Origin: Gammaproteobacteria bacterium
GTDB lineage: Bacteria > Pseudomonadota > Gammaproteobacteria > Eutrophobiales > Eutrophobiaceae
NCBI GenBank assembly: GCA_011772965.1
Contig: WVYN01000080.1
Span: forward strand, 193,562-257,561
DNA length: 64,000 nt
Reading direction: 5' to 3'
In this document: positions 38,522 through 48,201 of the stretch, piece after piece
Position numbering within the stretch: position 1 is the stretch's first letter
Layout of the letters: every line of letters begins with the position of its first letter
Notes under the pieces: generated by a model
Databases searched by the model: none
What the model saw: the letters and a program-made list of their open reading frames with translations, nothing else
What the model was told of the DNA's origin: nothing
Made by a program: the position numbers and the translations under genes

Positions 38522-39748
38522 ATGAAAATCTATCCCCAACTAGAAATTCCAGAAACCCTGGCTGCCGGGCCTGGGCCTGGAAACACCGACCCGAGAGTAC
38601 TGGAGCGTTTTTGCAAGACTGGTGTGGCCGATCACATGCAGAAGGATGTCCTGAGGGGCATGATCGAGGCAAAGGAGATGCTGCGCGCTGCGTTCGGAAC
38701 AAAAAATACCTACACCTTCGGGGTCGGGGGCACTGGCTGGAGTGGACTGGATTGTGCGTTTAGTCCGATACTGCCGGGCGACACCGTTGTAGCCTTTGTA
38801 AACGGGACATTCAGTGGTATCGATGGTCTTAATGTACGCATGAAAGCTGCAACCCGTGATGAACTGACAGCCAATCCGTTGGATCCAAAGCCTGCCAGTG
38901 TCACGATTGTCGATGTTCCCCATGGCCAGTCTGTCACCGGCGAGATCGTTGAAAAGGCGTTGGCAGACCACAAGCCGATGTGGGCAGTTATGGCTCACTG
39001 GGAGACTGGCAGTGGCCGCATCAATGATCTGCAGGGCTTTAATGATGCATGTGTGAAACATGGTGCGACGGGAATTATCGACGCGGTTTCCAGCCTAGGT
39101 GTCAGTGATTTTGATATTGATAACTATCCCGGTGTCAAGATCTGGGCTTCCTGTCCGCAAAAGGGTGTGCTCAGTTTGCCGCTGACCTATGCACCAGTCA
39201 GCTTCACCGATGAGGCCATTGATGTTGTTGCCAAGCGGGGCTGCTACACATATGTGCACCATCCGATTCTAGAAGCCCGTCACTGGGGAATATCGGCTGA
39301 CGGCAAGGACGGTAGTCCGGCAGGTTATCACCGCACACACTCCGCTTATGCCGTCGCAGCCTTTCATGAAGCCCTGCGCATACTTCTTAATCATGGTCGG
39401 GCCCAGAAGGCAGCAGACTATGCTTACCATGAGAAGGCTCTGAGACAGGCCGTGGAAGCGATGGGTTGTGAGGTCACTTCAAATATGACCAGTCTGGTGG
39501 TATTGAACCTGCCCGGCAAGCTAGCAGGAAAGGAAAAAGACCTTGTGACCGGTTGTCGTGAAGAGAATTTCTGTATCTGGCCGACGCTGTCTGAGCCGGT
39601 GCAGGTTCGCATCGGAATTCTTAATCAGCTTAACGACAAAGCGATTACTGAAATAGTCAGTCGATTTGCTGATGCCATGTTGAAAATGGGCGCCGATTTC
39701 AACAAGGATGAAATCATGAAGGGACTGAAGTCTTATTTTGCGGGCTGA
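38522..39748 (+). CDS. Class V (AGXT/serine-pyruvate-type) pyridoxal-phosphate aminotransferase
   Basis: AAGGAG RBS. LAAGPGPGNTDPRVL N-terminal motif and PLP-lysine context WASCPQKGV; 408 aa. Confidence 0.75.
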   Translation: MKIYPQLEIPETLAAGPGPGNTDPRVLERFCKTGVADHMQKDVLRGMIEAKEMLRAAFGTKNTYTFGVGGTGWSGLDCAFSPILPGDTVVAFVNGTFSGIDGLNVRMKAATRDELTANPLDPKPASVTIVDVPHGQSVTGEIVEKALADHKPMWAVMAHWETGSGRINDLQGFNDACVKHGATGIIDAVSSLGVSDFDIDNYPGVKIWASCPQKGVLSLPLTYAPVSFTDEAIDVVAKRGCYTYVHHPILEARHWGISADGKDGSPAGYHRTHSAYAVAAFHEALRILLNHGRAQKAADYAYHEKALRQAVEAMGCEVTSNMTSLVVLNLPGKLAGKEKDLVTGCREENFCIWPTLSEPVQVRIGILNQLNDKAITEIVSRFADAMLKMGADFNKDEIMKGLKSYFAG

Positions 39749-39782
39749 TAACCGGCATTAGTTCTAGGATAGGGTGAAATCA

Positions 39783-40582
39783 CTATCTGATTTCTCCCCG
39801 GATTTTGATGATCACCTTGGTGTCAGTGTCTCTCGTCATTGCTGTTACCTTGCGTGGCTGCATCGCTTGATAATTCGTGTACATAAGCGGTGTGTGCCAC
39901 GCGATAACAGCTATTTCCCTGATTCTCTCTGCTATACATTCGGCATCTTTGCCGAGCTTATCCAGCACTCCGTCCGCTACTTCGACCTGTTGCCAAAATC
40001 TGTCCAGATCCAAACTCCCCTTATCAAGATCAGGCCGGATTATTTTCAGTTCTCCGAGTAATGAGGTCTTGTCTGACTTTGACAGGTTATTTGTTTCAGA
40101 AATGATCCGACCCAGTTCATTAATAAGCTGCTTGATTCTACCGAGGTCATCATTTATAAAACTACAGGCGATCGAAGAGTAATATTGCCCAGCTAATAAC
40201 CCGCTGATTTTGGAAACGTGATGTTCTGTGGATGCTGTTTTGAAAATAGATTCATATTGGTTAAAGGTAGTTACGATATAGGTAATATTAGCCTCTATAT
40301 TTTCTGCTAAATTTGATATTTTAATCTCATGGCCAATCATATGGGCCAGGGATAGTAATAGGAAATGTGCCTTAAGGTAGGTAATGTAATCTGTGTGGTG
40401 AATTTCCGCGGTGGAATCAAGATGGAAATAATGAAAACAGGCACATAATTTTATGCCGGCAGATATAGGATCCTTGAGCAGGTTTTTGATATAGTCATCA
40501 TCAAATACGGTTAACCGTAGTAATACCGAGTGAGTTTAGTTGAATTAGATGGATGCATTTGAATCAGTATTTTGATTTGCAT
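39783..40582 (-). pseudogene. AT-rich orphan ORF, frame-disrupted or 5'-truncated; no family recognised
   Basis: Frame is open 40535 to 39783, but the first ATG/GTG/TTG is at 40340. A short ORF from ATG 40582 (stop 40511-40513) overlaps it in another frame, so one indel within 40514-40535 would fuse them. Confidence 0.45.
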
Positions 40583-40683
40583 TTTTCAACTGCCTAGAGT
40601 GTAAAGTAATGCATTAAAGAAGTAAGTGATATTCGATTTGCAATGTCTGACTGCTTTTTTTTATTTTTTTAATATTAAATGGA

Positions 40684-41235
40684 CTAGCCTCTGACCAAGG
40701 TTTTTTCAACTTCGTACCTTTTGTCTTTTCCTGACAGTATTTCGATCAAGGCAAGGGCAAAATCCATGGCTGTACCCGGGCCTCGTGATGTGATCACATT
40801 ACCGTCAATGACTACTGGATCGGTTTTCAGATCGGTATCCGGCAGGTCAAGATTATCCAGGAATCCGGGATAACCCGTGGCTTTTTTATTTGAGAGTATA
40901 CCGGCATTGGCTAGCACCTTAGGCGCTGCGCAAATGGCAGCTGTATATTTTTCATCGTTTGCCATCTTTTTCAGGAGGGACTTGATACGCATATCATTAT
41001 CCAGGTGCTCGGCACCCGGGAGCCCACCGGGTAGGACAATCATGTCAAAATTTTGATCAATGGCATCATCAATGCTGATGTCAGGGATAAGACGTACACC
41101 CCGGCTCGCAACTACGGGTTCATCGTTCAAACCTGCCGTGACCACCTCAATTTTTGCCCGGCGCAACAGGTCGATGATTGTGACTGCTTCGAGTTCTTCA
41201 CATCCCTGCGCCAGAGGGACCAGGACTCTGTGCAT
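40684..41235 (-). CDS. DJ-1/PfpI family protein (YajL-like)
   Basis: 183 aa. VLVPLAQGCEELEAVTIIDLLRRA and nucleophile-elbow AAICAAPKVL. Confidence 0.88.
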   Translation of the reverse strand: MHRVLVPLAQGCEELEAVTIIDLLRRAKIEVVTAGLNDEPVVASRGVRLIPDISIDDAIDQNFDMIVLPGGLPGAEHLDNDMRIKSLLKKMANDEKYTAAICAAPKVLANAGILSNKKATGYPGFLDNLDLPDTDLKTDPVVIDGNVITSRGPGTAMDFALALIEILSGKDKRYEVEKTLVRG

Positions 41236-41238
41236 CGT

Positions 41239-42540
41239 TTACTCCGCCTCGCGTTGACTAAGCGAGATGCCCTTAAGTATATTCAATGCCTCGTATAGTT
41301 CATAATCAGTAATCGACAATCGCCGTTTTTCAGTTTGAGGTTTTTCATCCTCTGATACCTCGGCATCGGTCTCTTCCTCAGGCTTTGTGTTTTCCAGATG
41401 TCCGCTGAGATCGGCTTCCTTGACGATACCATTGCCATCTTCTTCCACTCGTTCTACGGTCAGCTTGTCAATGATGATATCCGGAGTGATTCCCGAAGCC
41501 TGGATCGAACGGCCGGATGGTGTGAAATATCTGGCGGTCGTCAATTTGACAGCTGCTTCATCAGCCATCGGCAAGATCGTCTGTACTGATCCCTTGCCAA
41601 AGGTTTGCTGGCCCACAATAACGGCACGGTCATGGTCCTGTAATGCACCGGCAACAATCTCGGATGCAGAGGCAGAACCCTCGTTCACTAGGATAACGAT
41701 TGGCAGATCCCGAAACACATTTAATGGTCTGGCATTGAATTTCAGGTCAGAATTCTTGATACGGCCCTCGGTATATACAATCAGGCCCTTATCCAGGAAC
41801 AGATCAGATACCTCCACGGCAGCATTCAGAACACCACCCGGGTTATTGCGAAGGTCCATAACGACACCTTTCAGCTTGTAATCATTTTCCTTTGACAGTC
41901 GATCCAGTTCCTGGCGCAGGTCGCGCCCGGTATTGGCCTGGAAACTCGATATCCGCAGGTACCCATAACCAGGCTCCAGAGTCCGTGCCCGGACACTGTT
42001 GATCCTGATAATTGCACGGGTGATGGTGATAACCAGCGGTTTTTCCTCGCCATTGCGGATGATGGTCAGTGTGATGTCAGTACCAGGCTTGCCACGCATG
42101 CGAGTGATCGCATCATTCAGGGAAAGACCTTTTACCGGCGTATCGTCCAGCTTGATAATCAGGTCACCGGCCTCGATACCGGCTTTCTTGGCCGGGGTGT
42201 CATCAATCGGCGCTATCACCTTGACGAAGCCATTTTCCATCCCTACTTCGATACCAAGGCCGCCAAATTCACCAGTCGTGCCTTCCTGTAGCTCTTTATA
42301 GGATTCTCTGTCAAGATAAGTTGAGTGCGGATCCAGTCCCGCCAGCATGCCCCGAATGGCATCTTCCAAAAGTTTCCTGTCGTCTACCTCTTCAACATAG
42401 TCATTCTTAATCTTGGAAAAGACTTCGGTGAAGGTGCGGATTTCATCCAGTGGCAGGTTTTCATCATCACCATGGGATAGCTGTAGTCCAATCCCTGTCA
42501 GGAAAATAAAAACTAGAAAATATTGTAGGAAGCTGCTCAT
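41239..42540 (-). CDS. Carboxy-terminal processing protease (S41)
   Basis: PDZ domain (GIEAGDLIIKLDD) with Ser/Lys dyad context GSASASEIVAGALQD and TFGKGSVQ. Confidence 0.9.
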   Translation of the reverse strand: MSSFLQYFLVFIFLTGIGLQLSHGDDENLPLDEIRTFTEVFSKIKNDYVEEVDDRKLLEDAIRGMLAGLDPHSTYLDRESYKELQEGTTGEFGGLGIEVGMENGFVKVIAPIDDTPAKKAGIEAGDLIIKLDDTPVKGLSLNDAITRMRGKPGTDITLTIIRNGEEKPLVITITRAIIRINSVRARTLEPGYGYLRISSFQANTGRDLRQELDRLSKENDYKLKGVVMDLRNNPGGVLNAAVEVSDLFLDKGLIVYTEGRIKNSDLKFNARPLNVFRDLPIVILVNEGSASASEIVAGALQDHDRAVIVGQQTFGKGSVQTILPMADEAAVKLTTARYFTPSGRSIQASGITPDIIIDKLTVERVEEDGNGIVKEADLSGHLENTKPEEETDAEVSEDEKPQTEKRRLSITDYELYEALNILKGISLSQREAE

Positions 42541-42683
42541 GACTGACTCCGGGCTAATTACCGTACATAGACGGGGTTTAATTTTAGTTAATGGATAATT
42601 TATAGAATCCTAGGGGATTTCTTCAGTGGGCTAAAGCATACAGGGGGTGGGCAGTAACTGACAAGCGACAGAATCTGGACATA

Positions 42684-43880
42684 TCAGCGTTTGCACCACA
42701 GAGAGGGGTCCAGGGGTTTGCCATTGTGACGGATTTCGAAGTAAACACCTGGCACTCTCTGACCGCCACTGTTACCGGCATAGGCAATGGTTTCCCCGGC
42801 CAGTACCCAATCCCCCGGTTTTTTCAGCAGGCTTTGGTTGTAACCATAAAGGCTCATATAACCTTCTCCGTGATCGAGGATAATTAAAAGTCCCAGGTTT
42901 CTGAACCAGTTTGCGAAGAGAACCTTGCCGGTATGCACGGCGCGAACATCATTGCCAGCTTCTGCACTTATCTTTATGCCCTGCCATTTCAAGTTGCCTA
43001 CTTTGCGTCTTGCGCCATAGCGGTTCATCAGTTTACCCGATGCCGGCCAGTCCAGTTTGCCCTTTAGCGTATTAAATGGCGGAATTTCCCTCCTGTAAAT
43101 AACCTTATCTTTTTTCTTCTCGAGTTGATTGATCAAGGCAAAAAGCTTTTGTTCCTCTTCAAGTAGTTTCTGCAGCTCCAGATCTTTTCGATGAATATCG
43201 GATTCGAGTTGTTTCAGGACCAGTTTACGCGATTCCCGAAATGTATTTAGATCACGGTTTTTGGTGAGTTGACTGGATTTCAGTTTCTCAAGTTCATCGG
43301 TTTCAGACTCTATGCGGCTTTTCAGTGAATTGACCAGATCGACCTGATCTTTAACTTGATTAATGGATTCAATACGTGCGCGGTTGTAGTAATCATAATA
43401 CGCCAGCACCCTGCCAACAGTGTCCGGATCCTCTTGGTTCAATAACAGCTTCAGGTAGTTACCTCGCCCAGCCATGTAGGCTGAACGAACTTGGTCGGCA
43501 AGTATGGTGCGTTCTTTTTTCAGGGTGTACTTATGTATTGTAATTTCTTTGTTAAGATGATTAAGACGAGTTTTACGCTTCTTAATTTTTTCATCAATTT
43601 TTTTGAGCTTCAGAGATTCTTCACCGATAGAAACTTCGGCAAGCTTGAGTTCAGCTTGAAGTTTTTCATACTGGGTTTTCGCAGAAGTAATATCGGAGCT
43701 GATGTCCTGAATACGATCCCTGACAGCTTCCAGCTCCGCTGTATTGATTTCGAGCGATCCAGTCTCTGCTGAATTAGCAGAAAAGGATAATAACAGGAAG
43801 GAAAATAAGCATTGCCGAAAATAGCTCCGCAATGATATGTCTCGATTACTTGGCGGCAATGGCCTGTTCTGAAGATTCAT
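42684..43880 (-). CDS. envC: Murein hydrolase activator EnvC-like (coiled coil plus degenerate LytM/M23 domain)
   Basis: Long coiled coil, then an M23 fold lacking the metal ligands (WQGIKI for HxxxD, GVYFEIRHNG for HLHFE), as in EnvC. Conserved gpmI-envC-ctp context. Confidence 0.8.
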   Translation of the reverse strand: MNLQNRPLPPSNRDISLRSYFRQCLFSFLLLSFSANSAETGSLEINTAELEAVRDRIQDISSDITSAKTQYEKLQAELKLAEVSIGEESLKLKKIDEKIKKRKTRLNHLNKEITIHKYTLKKERTILADQVRSAYMAGRGNYLKLLLNQEDPDTVGRVLAYYDYYNRARIESINQVKDQVDLVNSLKSRIESETDELEKLKSSQLTKNRDLNTFRESRKLVLKQLESDIHRKDLELQKLLEEEQKLFALINQLEKKKDKVIYRREIPPFNTLKGKLDWPASGKLMNRYGARRKVGNLKWQGIKISAEAGNDVRAVHTGKVLFANWFRNLGLLIILDHGEGYMSLYGYNQSLLKKPGDWVLAGETIAYAGNSGGQRVPGVYFEIRHNGKPLDPSLWCKR

Positions 43881-45435
43881 GCAGTTTTATCAATGATGAA
43901 CCGGTCATTTCATCGGGAACATCCAGGCCCATTAAATAACACATCGTCGGGGCAACATCTGAGAGGATACCTTCATCATGTGTGAATTCAGCAGGTCTAC
44001 CGATGTAGATCATTGGCACCAGACTATTAGTATGGGCAGTATGGGCTTGTGATTTGATCTTTTCAGTCTGGTAAGCTTTCATTTGCTCTGCATTACCATG
44101 GTCTGCAGTAATAATGATTTCACCGCCCACACGCTTTGTCGTCTCAACCACCCTGCCCAGACATTTATCAATTGCCTGAACTGCCCGAATTGCGGCCTGA
44201 AAGTCACCGGTATGACCAACCATATCAGCATTCGCATAATTACAAATAATTGCATCATATTTTTTACTCTCGATCGCCTCAACCAGTTTATCTGTAATTT
44301 CGAAAGCACTCATTTCCGGTTTCTGATCATAGGTTGCCACATGGGGAGAGGGCACAAGTATCCGATCCTCTCCGGCAAAAACACGCTCCTCGCCACCGTT
44401 GAAAAAGAATGTTACGTGAGCATATTTTTCAGTTTCAGCGACACGTAATTGCTTTAGACCAAGTTTTGCAACGTACTCTCCGAATACGTTTTCTAGGCGT
44501 GCAGGTGGAAAGGCTACCGGGAACTCATAATTCGCCTTGTATTCAGTCAGACTGATGAAGGCTCCCAGACTCGGGAAACGCTCTCTGGGAAAACTTTTAA
44601 AGTCAGATTTGGTAAATGCACGGGCCAGTTGTCTGGCTCGGTCAGCACGATAATTGGCAAACACGATTACGTCACCGTCTTCAACCTTGACCGGTTGTTC
44701 ACCGGTACGGGTGATGGCAGTTGGTTTCACAAATTCATCGGTTTCTCCGCGGGCATAGGCCATATCAACAGCAATAAAAACATCATCTGATCGATAATCT
44801 GACTTACCCTGACTGATGAGATCGTAGGCTATCTGGGTCCTGTCCCAATGCTTGTTTCGATCCATGGCATAATAGCGCCCGATTATGCTTGCAAATTTAC
44901 CTTTACCAAGTTCGCGAATTTTCAGATGAGTTTCATGCAGAAATCCGGCAGCGCTTCTGGGTGGAGTGTCCCTGCCATCGAGGAAAGCATGCAGGTAGAT
45001 ATATTCCACGCCACATTTGGCAGCAAGCTTCATCAAGGCAAAGATATGATCCTGGTGACTGTGTACACCACCATTGGATAACAGGCCCAGGATATGGACA
45101 GCCTTGCCTTTTTGTGCCGCTTCCTTAAAAGATTTTGTCAGGATTTCATTTCTGTAAAAGGAACCGTCTTCCAGAGCCCGGCTGATTCTGGAAAACTCCT
45201 GATCAACAATACGCCCGGAACCGATATTCATATGGCCAACCTCTGAATTTCCCATTTGTCGGCTGGGCAAACCGACCGAAGTACCGGACGCATCGATCAG
45301 CGTATGAGGTTCTTCCAGCCACAGCCGGTCCCAATTGGGTTTATTGGCACTGTGGATCGCGTTGTAAACCGTATTTTCTGAATATCCCCAGCCATCGAGG
45401 ATAATAAGGATCATGGGTCGGTGCTGGAGTCGCAT
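43846..45435 (-). CDS. gpmI: 2,3-bisphosphoglycerate-independent phosphoglycerate mutase
   Basis: ILIILDGWGYSE, NSEVGHMNIGSGR and ADHGNAEQM motifs. Confidence 0.95.
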   Translation of the reverse strand: MRLQHRPMILIILDGWGYSENTVYNAIHSANKPNWDRLWLEEPHTLIDASGTSVGLPSRQMGNSEVGHMNIGSGRIVDQEFSRISRALEDGSFYRNEILTKSFKEAAQKGKAVHILGLLSNGGVHSHQDHIFALMKLAAKCGVEYIYLHAFLDGRDTPPRSAAGFLHETHLKIRELGKGKFASIIGRYYAMDRNKHWDRTQIAYDLISQGKSDYRSDDVFIAVDMAYARGETDEFVKPTAITRTGEQPVKVEDGDVIVFANYRADRARQLARAFTKSDFKSFPRERFPSLGAFISLTEYKANYEFPVAFPPARLENVFGEYVAKLGLKQLRVAETEKYAHVTFFFNGGEERVFAGEDRILVPSPHVATYDQKPEMSAFEITDKLVEAIESKKYDAIICNYANADMVGHTGDFQAAIRAVQAIDKCLGRVVETTKRVGGEIIITADHGNAEQMKAYQTEKIKSQAHTAHTNSLVPMIYIGRPAEFTHDEGILSDVAPTMCYLMGLDVPDEMTGSSLIKLHESSEQAIAAK

Positions 45436-45701
45436 CGGCAGACTTAAGGGTTAGGTATAAGGCATTGATATCAAAAAAAGTTAAGAGAAATACCGGAATT
45501 TACCTGCTCATATTTCCATATTCAGTGACTCATAGAATTGGGAACCATCTTGCCGGAACCTCTGCCTGCGAAGGCGCGCATAGTCTAGCATGAAATATAC
45601 CCTGAAAGGTAAGCGACAGTGTCTCCTGGGTTTCAAATCTGGCAATTAATCACGTATGATTCTCACCAGCTTGTTACCTGCATAATAACCAGACTATACC
45701 A

Positions 45702-46124
45702 ATGGAAAAAATCCCTGAATTTATAGCTAATCACCTGTTTCTATTTTCCCTGTTCCTCGGCTTGTCTGCCTTGCTTCTGTGGAATATCTTTGGAAACGTT
45801 GCTACGGGTATCCTGCCACTGAGCCCGCCGGAGATGACCCGGATTATGAACCATGAACAGGGTGTAGTATTGGATATTCGCAAGAATGAGGATTTTAAAG
45901 CCGGGCATATCATTAATTCGGTAAACATACCTGAAAACGAGATTGCTAAAAAAAAAGGCGCCTGGACTAAATACGCTAACCAGCCTGTGATTCTTTACTG
46001 CAGTAATGGCACGGTCTCCCCGAAGGTAGCCCGGACCATGCGGCAGGAAGGAATGGAAAAACTCTATTACCTCAAGGGCGGACTGACCTCCTGGCGACAG
46101 GCCAATTTGCCTGTTACCAGTTGA
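45702..46124 (+). CDS. Membrane-anchored rhodanese-domain protein (YibN-like)
   Basis: N-terminal TM helix and rhodanese active-site loop ILYCSNGTVS. Upstream of secB-gpsA as in the yibN context. Confidence 0.8.
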   Translation: MEKIPEFIANHLFLFSLFLGLSALLLWNIFGNVATGILPLSPPEMTRIMNHEQGVVLDIRKNEDFKAGHIINSVNIPENEIAKKKGAWTKYANQPVILYCSNGTVSPKVARTMRQEGMEKLYYLKGGLTSWRQANLPVTS

Positions 46125-46151
46125 TAACAGCCCAGATAACTGAAACCAGCC

Positions 46152-46658
46152 ATGACAGAAAAGGATAATACCCAAGCTGGCTCTGCCAGTACTGATAAAC
46201 CAACCGGTAAATTTGTTTTGCAAAAGGTTTACGTCAAGGATATCTCCTTCGAGACACCGAATGCCCCAGATATTTTCCTGGAGAAATGGAACCCGAAAGT
46301 CGACATGAACCTCTCTAATGAAACCAGGATAATTAACGATGACCTGACTGAAGTCAGTCTGGGGATTACAATCACTGCTAAAATTTCAGACAAGACCGCT
46401 TACTTGGTTGAGGTAAAGATTGCCGGCATTTTCATGATCCAGGAATTCCCGCCAGGGATTATCGAGCAAATCACGGCGACGACTTGCCCGAATATGTTAT
46501 TTCCGTTTGCCCGAGAACTGATCTGTGATCTTGTGACACGTGGAGGATTCCCACAGTTGCTGCTTGCGCCAGTGAATTTTGAAGCAATCTATGCCGAGCA
46601 AAAGAAGCGCGCCAAGGAACAATCCAGTGTAAAGAATGACAGTAAAACAACCCACTAA
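46152..46658 (+). CDS. secB: Protein-export chaperone SecB
   Basis: FVLQKVYVKDISFETPNAP and CPNMLFPFARELICDLVTRGGFPQLLLAPVNFEAIY. Confidence 0.95.
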   Translation: MTEKDNTQAGSASTDKPTGKFVLQKVYVKDISFETPNAPDIFLEKWNPKVDMNLSNETRIINDDLTEVSLGITITAKISDKTAYLVEVKIAGIFMIQEFPPGIIEQITATTCPNMLFPFARELICDLVTRGGFPQLLLAPVNFEAIYAEQKKRAKEQSSVKNDSKTTH

Positions 46659-46691
46659 AATTCAATTACCGGGTAAGGACTGAAGGAATAA

Positions 46692-47693
46692 ATGTCCAGC
46701 AAGCCCGTTCTGGTGATTGGTGCAGGATCCTGGGGCACCGCACTTGCCATCGTTCTCGCCAGGAACAATCTGCCGGTATTGTTATGGGATATCGATTCGG
46801 AACACGTTCAAAGAATCAGGTCATCTCGCAGTAATGAACAATATATTCCCGGTATATCGTTTCCTGAAAGCCTGGAACCGACTGAAAATCTGCAAATTTG
46901 TCTTGAGAAAACCAGCGAGATTATCATCTCGACACCTTGCTCCGCACTTGAAGCAGTTCTTACAGAGCTCAGAAAAAAACAGCAAGTATATAATATTTGC
47001 CTCACCTGCAAGGGACTTGCGCCTGGCAAACATCTGTTAAATCACAAGGTAGTGGATGAATGCATTGGTGACAGCGCCAATGTGGCGGTGTTGTCAGGTC
47101 CGTCGTTTGCTATTGAAGTTGCCAGAGGTCTGCCAACAGCAGTGGCCATCGCATCCAGCAATCACAAAGTTGCACAACTGTTCTCCGACTATTTTCATAG
47201 TGATCTCTTCAGGGTGTATACCCAGGATGACATTATTGGTGTGCAGGTGGGTGGTGCTGTCAAGAACGTAATGGCCATCGCCGCAGGTATTGCCGATGGT
47301 CTTGGATTTGGTGCCAATACTCGTGCGGCACTAATTACCCGTGGACTTGCAGAGATTATGCGCCTGGGTGTCGCGCTAGGTGGCAGGCAAGAAACCTTTA
47401 TGGGACTTGCGGGGTTGGGTGATTTGGTGTTGACCTGTACAGATGATCAATCCCGCAACCGCAGGTTTGGGTTATTGCTTGCCAGGGGTAAAACCACGGA
47501 GGAGGCATTGGACGAAATCCGACAAACTGTAGAAGGGTTGCGCACGGTGAAAGAGCTCGTGAGACTATCCGAAGAACACTCGATTCAGATGCCCATCTCA
47601 GAGCAGGTATATAATGTCCTGTACCAGGGGCTGTCGCCGAATGATGCTGTGCAGTCCTTGCTCTCAAGAGAACAAAAACCGGAACTTGATTAA
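46692..47693 (+). CDS. gpsA: NAD(P)H-dependent glycerol-3-phosphate dehydrogenase
   Basis: VLVIGAGSWGTALAIVLA, GPSFAIEVARGLPTAV and GAVKNVMAIAAGI. Confidence 0.95.
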   Translation: MSSKPVLVIGAGSWGTALAIVLARNNLPVLLWDIDSEHVQRIRSSRSNEQYIPGISFPESLEPTENLQICLEKTSEIIISTPCSALEAVLTELRKKQQVYNICLTCKGLAPGKHLLNHKVVDECIGDSANVAVLSGPSFAIEVARGLPTAVAIASSNHKVAQLFSDYFHSDLFRVYTQDDIIGVQVGGAVKNVMAIAAGIADGLGFGANTRAALITRGLAEIMRLGVALGGRQETFMGLAGLGDLVLTCTDDQSRNRRFGLLLARGKTTEEALDEIRQTVEGLRTVKELVRLSEEHSIQMPISEQVYNVLYQGLSPNDAVQSLLSREQKPELD

Positions 47694-47724
47694 TTTTGTC
47701 CTAGAGTCAGTTATATTCCCGGGA

Positions 47725-48183
47725 TCAGGTCTCAAAATTGATTTGGCGCCATGCCTCATAAACGATCACGGCTGCTGCATTGGATAAATTCATGCTGCGA
47801 CTGCTGTCTTGCATAGGTATCCTAAGTATGTGTTGGTTGGAAAAGCCACCAAGAACATCCGCAGGCAAACCGCGGGTTTCAGGTCCAAATAGGAAACTGT
47901 CATCCTTCTTGAATTGACAATCGGCATACTGCCGCTGGCCTTTTGTCGATATGGCATAAAGTGTGTTGAATACTGCACCGGAAAAATAGCTTTCCAAATC
48001 GGGCCAAATCTTAAGATTATTCCAATCAATATAATCCAGGCCGGCACGTTTGAGTTTTTTATCGTTCAGCACAAAACCGAGTGGCTTGATCAGGTGTAGC
48101 CTGGCTCCAGTATTGGTACAAAGACGTATAATATTTCCGGTATTCGGCGGAATTTCCGGCTGGTAGAGTACGATGTTAAACAT
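47725..48183 (-). CDS. trmL: tRNA (cytidine/uridine-2'-O-)-methyltransferase TrmL (SpoU family)
   Basis: MFNIVLYQPEIPPNTGNIIRLCTNTGARLHLIKPLGF is the canonical TrmL N-terminus. Confidence 0.92.
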   Translation of the reverse strand: MFNIVLYQPEIPPNTGNIIRLCTNTGARLHLIKPLGFVLNDKKLKRAGLDYIDWNNLKIWPDLESYFSGAVFNTLYAISTKGQRQYADCQFKKDDSFLFGPETRGLPADVLGGFSNQHILRIPMQDSSRSMNLSNAAAVIVYEAWRQINFET

Positions 48184-48201
48184 ATGGGTATAATCCGGTT
48201 A

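Noticed and set aside
45436-45701. 266-nt intergenic region between gpmI and the rhodanese gene, considered as a possible small RNA or riboswitch locus.
   Set aside because: I could not identify a stable conserved-looking structure, terminator or known RNA motif by eye. It is most simply a divergent promoter region. A covariance-model scan would be needed to say more.
46124-46152. Absence of grxC between the rhodanese gene and secB, compared with the E. coli yibN-grxC-secB-gpsA order.
   Set aside because: This is a simple gene-order difference, and the glutaredoxin can be encoded elsewhere. Nothing in the sequence suggests a deletion scar.
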